A stretch of DNA of 64,000 nt from Deltaproteobacteria bacterium (GTDB lineage Bacteria; Lernaellota; Lernaellaia; JACKCT01): NCBI GenBank assembly GCA_027493875.1, contig JAOSJX010000002.1, positions 229,349-293,348 on the forward strand, in the 5' to 3' direction. Under the pieces are notes generated by a model. It made no database searches and was not told the DNA's origin. It worked only from the letters and a program-made list of their open reading frames with translations. The position numbers and the translations under genes were made by a program. This document shows positions 62,802 through 64,000 of the stretch, piece after piece. Numbering within the stretch: the first letter of the stretch is position 1; each line of letters begins with the position of its first letter.

Positions 62802-62915
62802 GTGAAAGACGGCTTGGTCAAGGAATTCGGGTGGGCGCTGTTGTTTTCGGCGATGCTGCTGCTCGTCGTGTTCTTCGGCTCGTCCGGCCCCCAATTCATC
62901 TACGCCATGTTCTAA
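62802..62915 (+). CDS. 37-aa DltX/PatC-like single-TM microprotein ending FIYAMF (not in ORF track)
   Basis: GGAGG RBS, GTG start 1 nt after MBOAT stop; MKDGLVKEFGWALLFSAMLLLVVFFGSSGPQFIYAMF*. Confidence 0.8.
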   Translation: MKDGLVKEFGWALLFSAMLLLVVFFGSSGPQFIYAMF

Positions 62916-62926
62916 GGGACCGGCGC

Positions 62927-63510
62927 ATGACCCGCGGACGACTCGAAGCGTTCAGCGACGGCGTGATCGCCATCATCATCACGATCATGGTGCTCGAGCT
63001 TCGTCCGCCGCACGGCACGACGCTCGCCGATCTGGCGCCGCTTTGGCCGCGCTTTTTTGCTATCTCCTGAGTTTCGTGTTTCTCGCGATTTATTGGAACA
63101 ACCATCACCATCTGATGCACGTCGTCCATAAGGTGAACGGTCGCGTTCTCTGGGCCAACATTCATCTTCTCTTCTGGCTGTCGCTCGTTCCTTTTACGAC
63201 CGCGTGGATGGGCGAGCACGGAGCGTCTCCGGTTCCCGTGGCGCTCTACGGCGTGGTGTTGTTGCTCGCCGCGGTGGCGTATTTTCTTCTGACGCGCGCG
63301 CTTTTATCGATTCATGCGGGCGATTCGGATCTCGCCGTCGCCCTCGGACGCGACTTCAAGGGTAAGATTTCCGTCGTCGCCTATGCGGCGGCGATCGGCG
63401 GCGCCTTCGTCTCGCGGTGGATCGCCATCGCACTTTACCTCGCCGTGGCGATTCTGTGGCTCGTGCCGGACCGGCGCATCGAGCGGACAATCGACCGGCG
63501 CCCATCGTAA
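62927..63510 (+). CDS. TMEM175 (DUF1211) family potassium channel (frameshift near 63058)
   Basis: RLEAFSDGVIAIIITIMVLEL signature, YWNNHHH, LFWLSLVPF. Confidence 0.9.
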
Positions 63511-63515
63511 CCGGT

Positions 63516-63968
63516 TCAGCGGATCAGCCGCAGGACAACCTTATACGACAACGCGTAAATGTCCGCGTCCTTTGAAGCGCGCGGTCCGGCGACGTTGAGC
63601 GTTTGAATCGCGTGTTCGGCGAGCCAGGCCTGCGCGCGCGCCGGTGCGTCGGACGCGGCCGGATCGAGCACAATCCACGGCTTTCCGTGCTTGCGCGCCA
63701 TGTCGATGGTGTAGGCCGTTCCGCCCGTGGGTTCGCCTCGCGTGAGAATGAGCGTGCCGTCGGCATCGCGCGCGTTCCACTCGGTGCGTTGTTCGTAATT
63801 TTCCACCGGCGTTTCCGTCAGAGGATAGCGCGCATCGAGCACGCCGTCCTCGGCACGGCGGCCTTTCGGACACCAGCCGCCGCACGGAAATCCGGTGTCC
63901 AGCGCGGCGTCAAGGGCGGCGCGGTCCACGCCGGTCTGCCCGCCGGATACGATCTTCAACAGCGTCAT
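63516..63968 (-). CDS. Putative molybdenum carrier / SLOG-superfamily protein
   Basis: IVSGGQTGVDRAALD, GGWCPKGR.AEDG, RTEWNARDADGTL, LNVAGPRAS. Confidence 0.88.
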   Translation of the reverse strand: MTLLKIVSGGQTGVDRAALDAALDTGFPCGGWCPKGRRAEDGVLDARYPLTETPVENYEQRTEWNARDADGTLILTRGEPTGGTAYTIDMARKHGKPWIVLDPAASDAPARAQAWLAEHAIQTLNVAGPRASKDADIYALSYKVVLRLIR

Positions 63969-64000
63969 ACCGTGTTGTCCCGGCGACGGCGTCCGGCGTC

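Overview
64 kb of high-GC bacterial chromosome. The NusA/IF2/PNPase sequences and the gene order rimP-nusA-ylxR-infB-DUF503-rbfA-DHH-truB-rpsO-pnp-dut look deltaproteobacterial (Myxococcota/Desulfobacterota-like or a related candidate lineage; inference). Many genes, including essential ones (rpsO, infB, pnp, rbfA, truB, aroC), carry single-base frameshifts, often at homopolymers. This most likely reflects an unpolished long-read consensus, so split genes are reported as reconstructed CDSs. About 1-45 kb is accessory: Asp-rich-linker lipoproteins, two ArsR/SRPBCC modules, an IS481, an IS1595 with a low-GC cargo gene inserted into a beta-propeller gene, tRNA-Asn, an MMPL transporter with a stand-alone E2-type acyltransferase, and an ATP-grasp/GCS2/peptidase cluster. 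About 45-60 kb is housekeeping. Best leads: (1) a translationally coupled TPR membrane protein, 64-aa 'GINPNSSS' membrane-anchored peptide and radical SAM/SPASM enzyme (candidate uncharacterised RiPP-like system); (2) a UGA-recoded DsrE selenoprotein (UxxC, SECIS-like hairpin) coupled to TusA; (3) an SGNH-MBOAT pair with a 37-aa DltX/PatC-like 'FIYAMF' microprotein missing from the ORF track; (4) the IS1595 cargo, a 2-TM protein with an internal tandem helical repeat. No CRISPR array or rRNA was seen.
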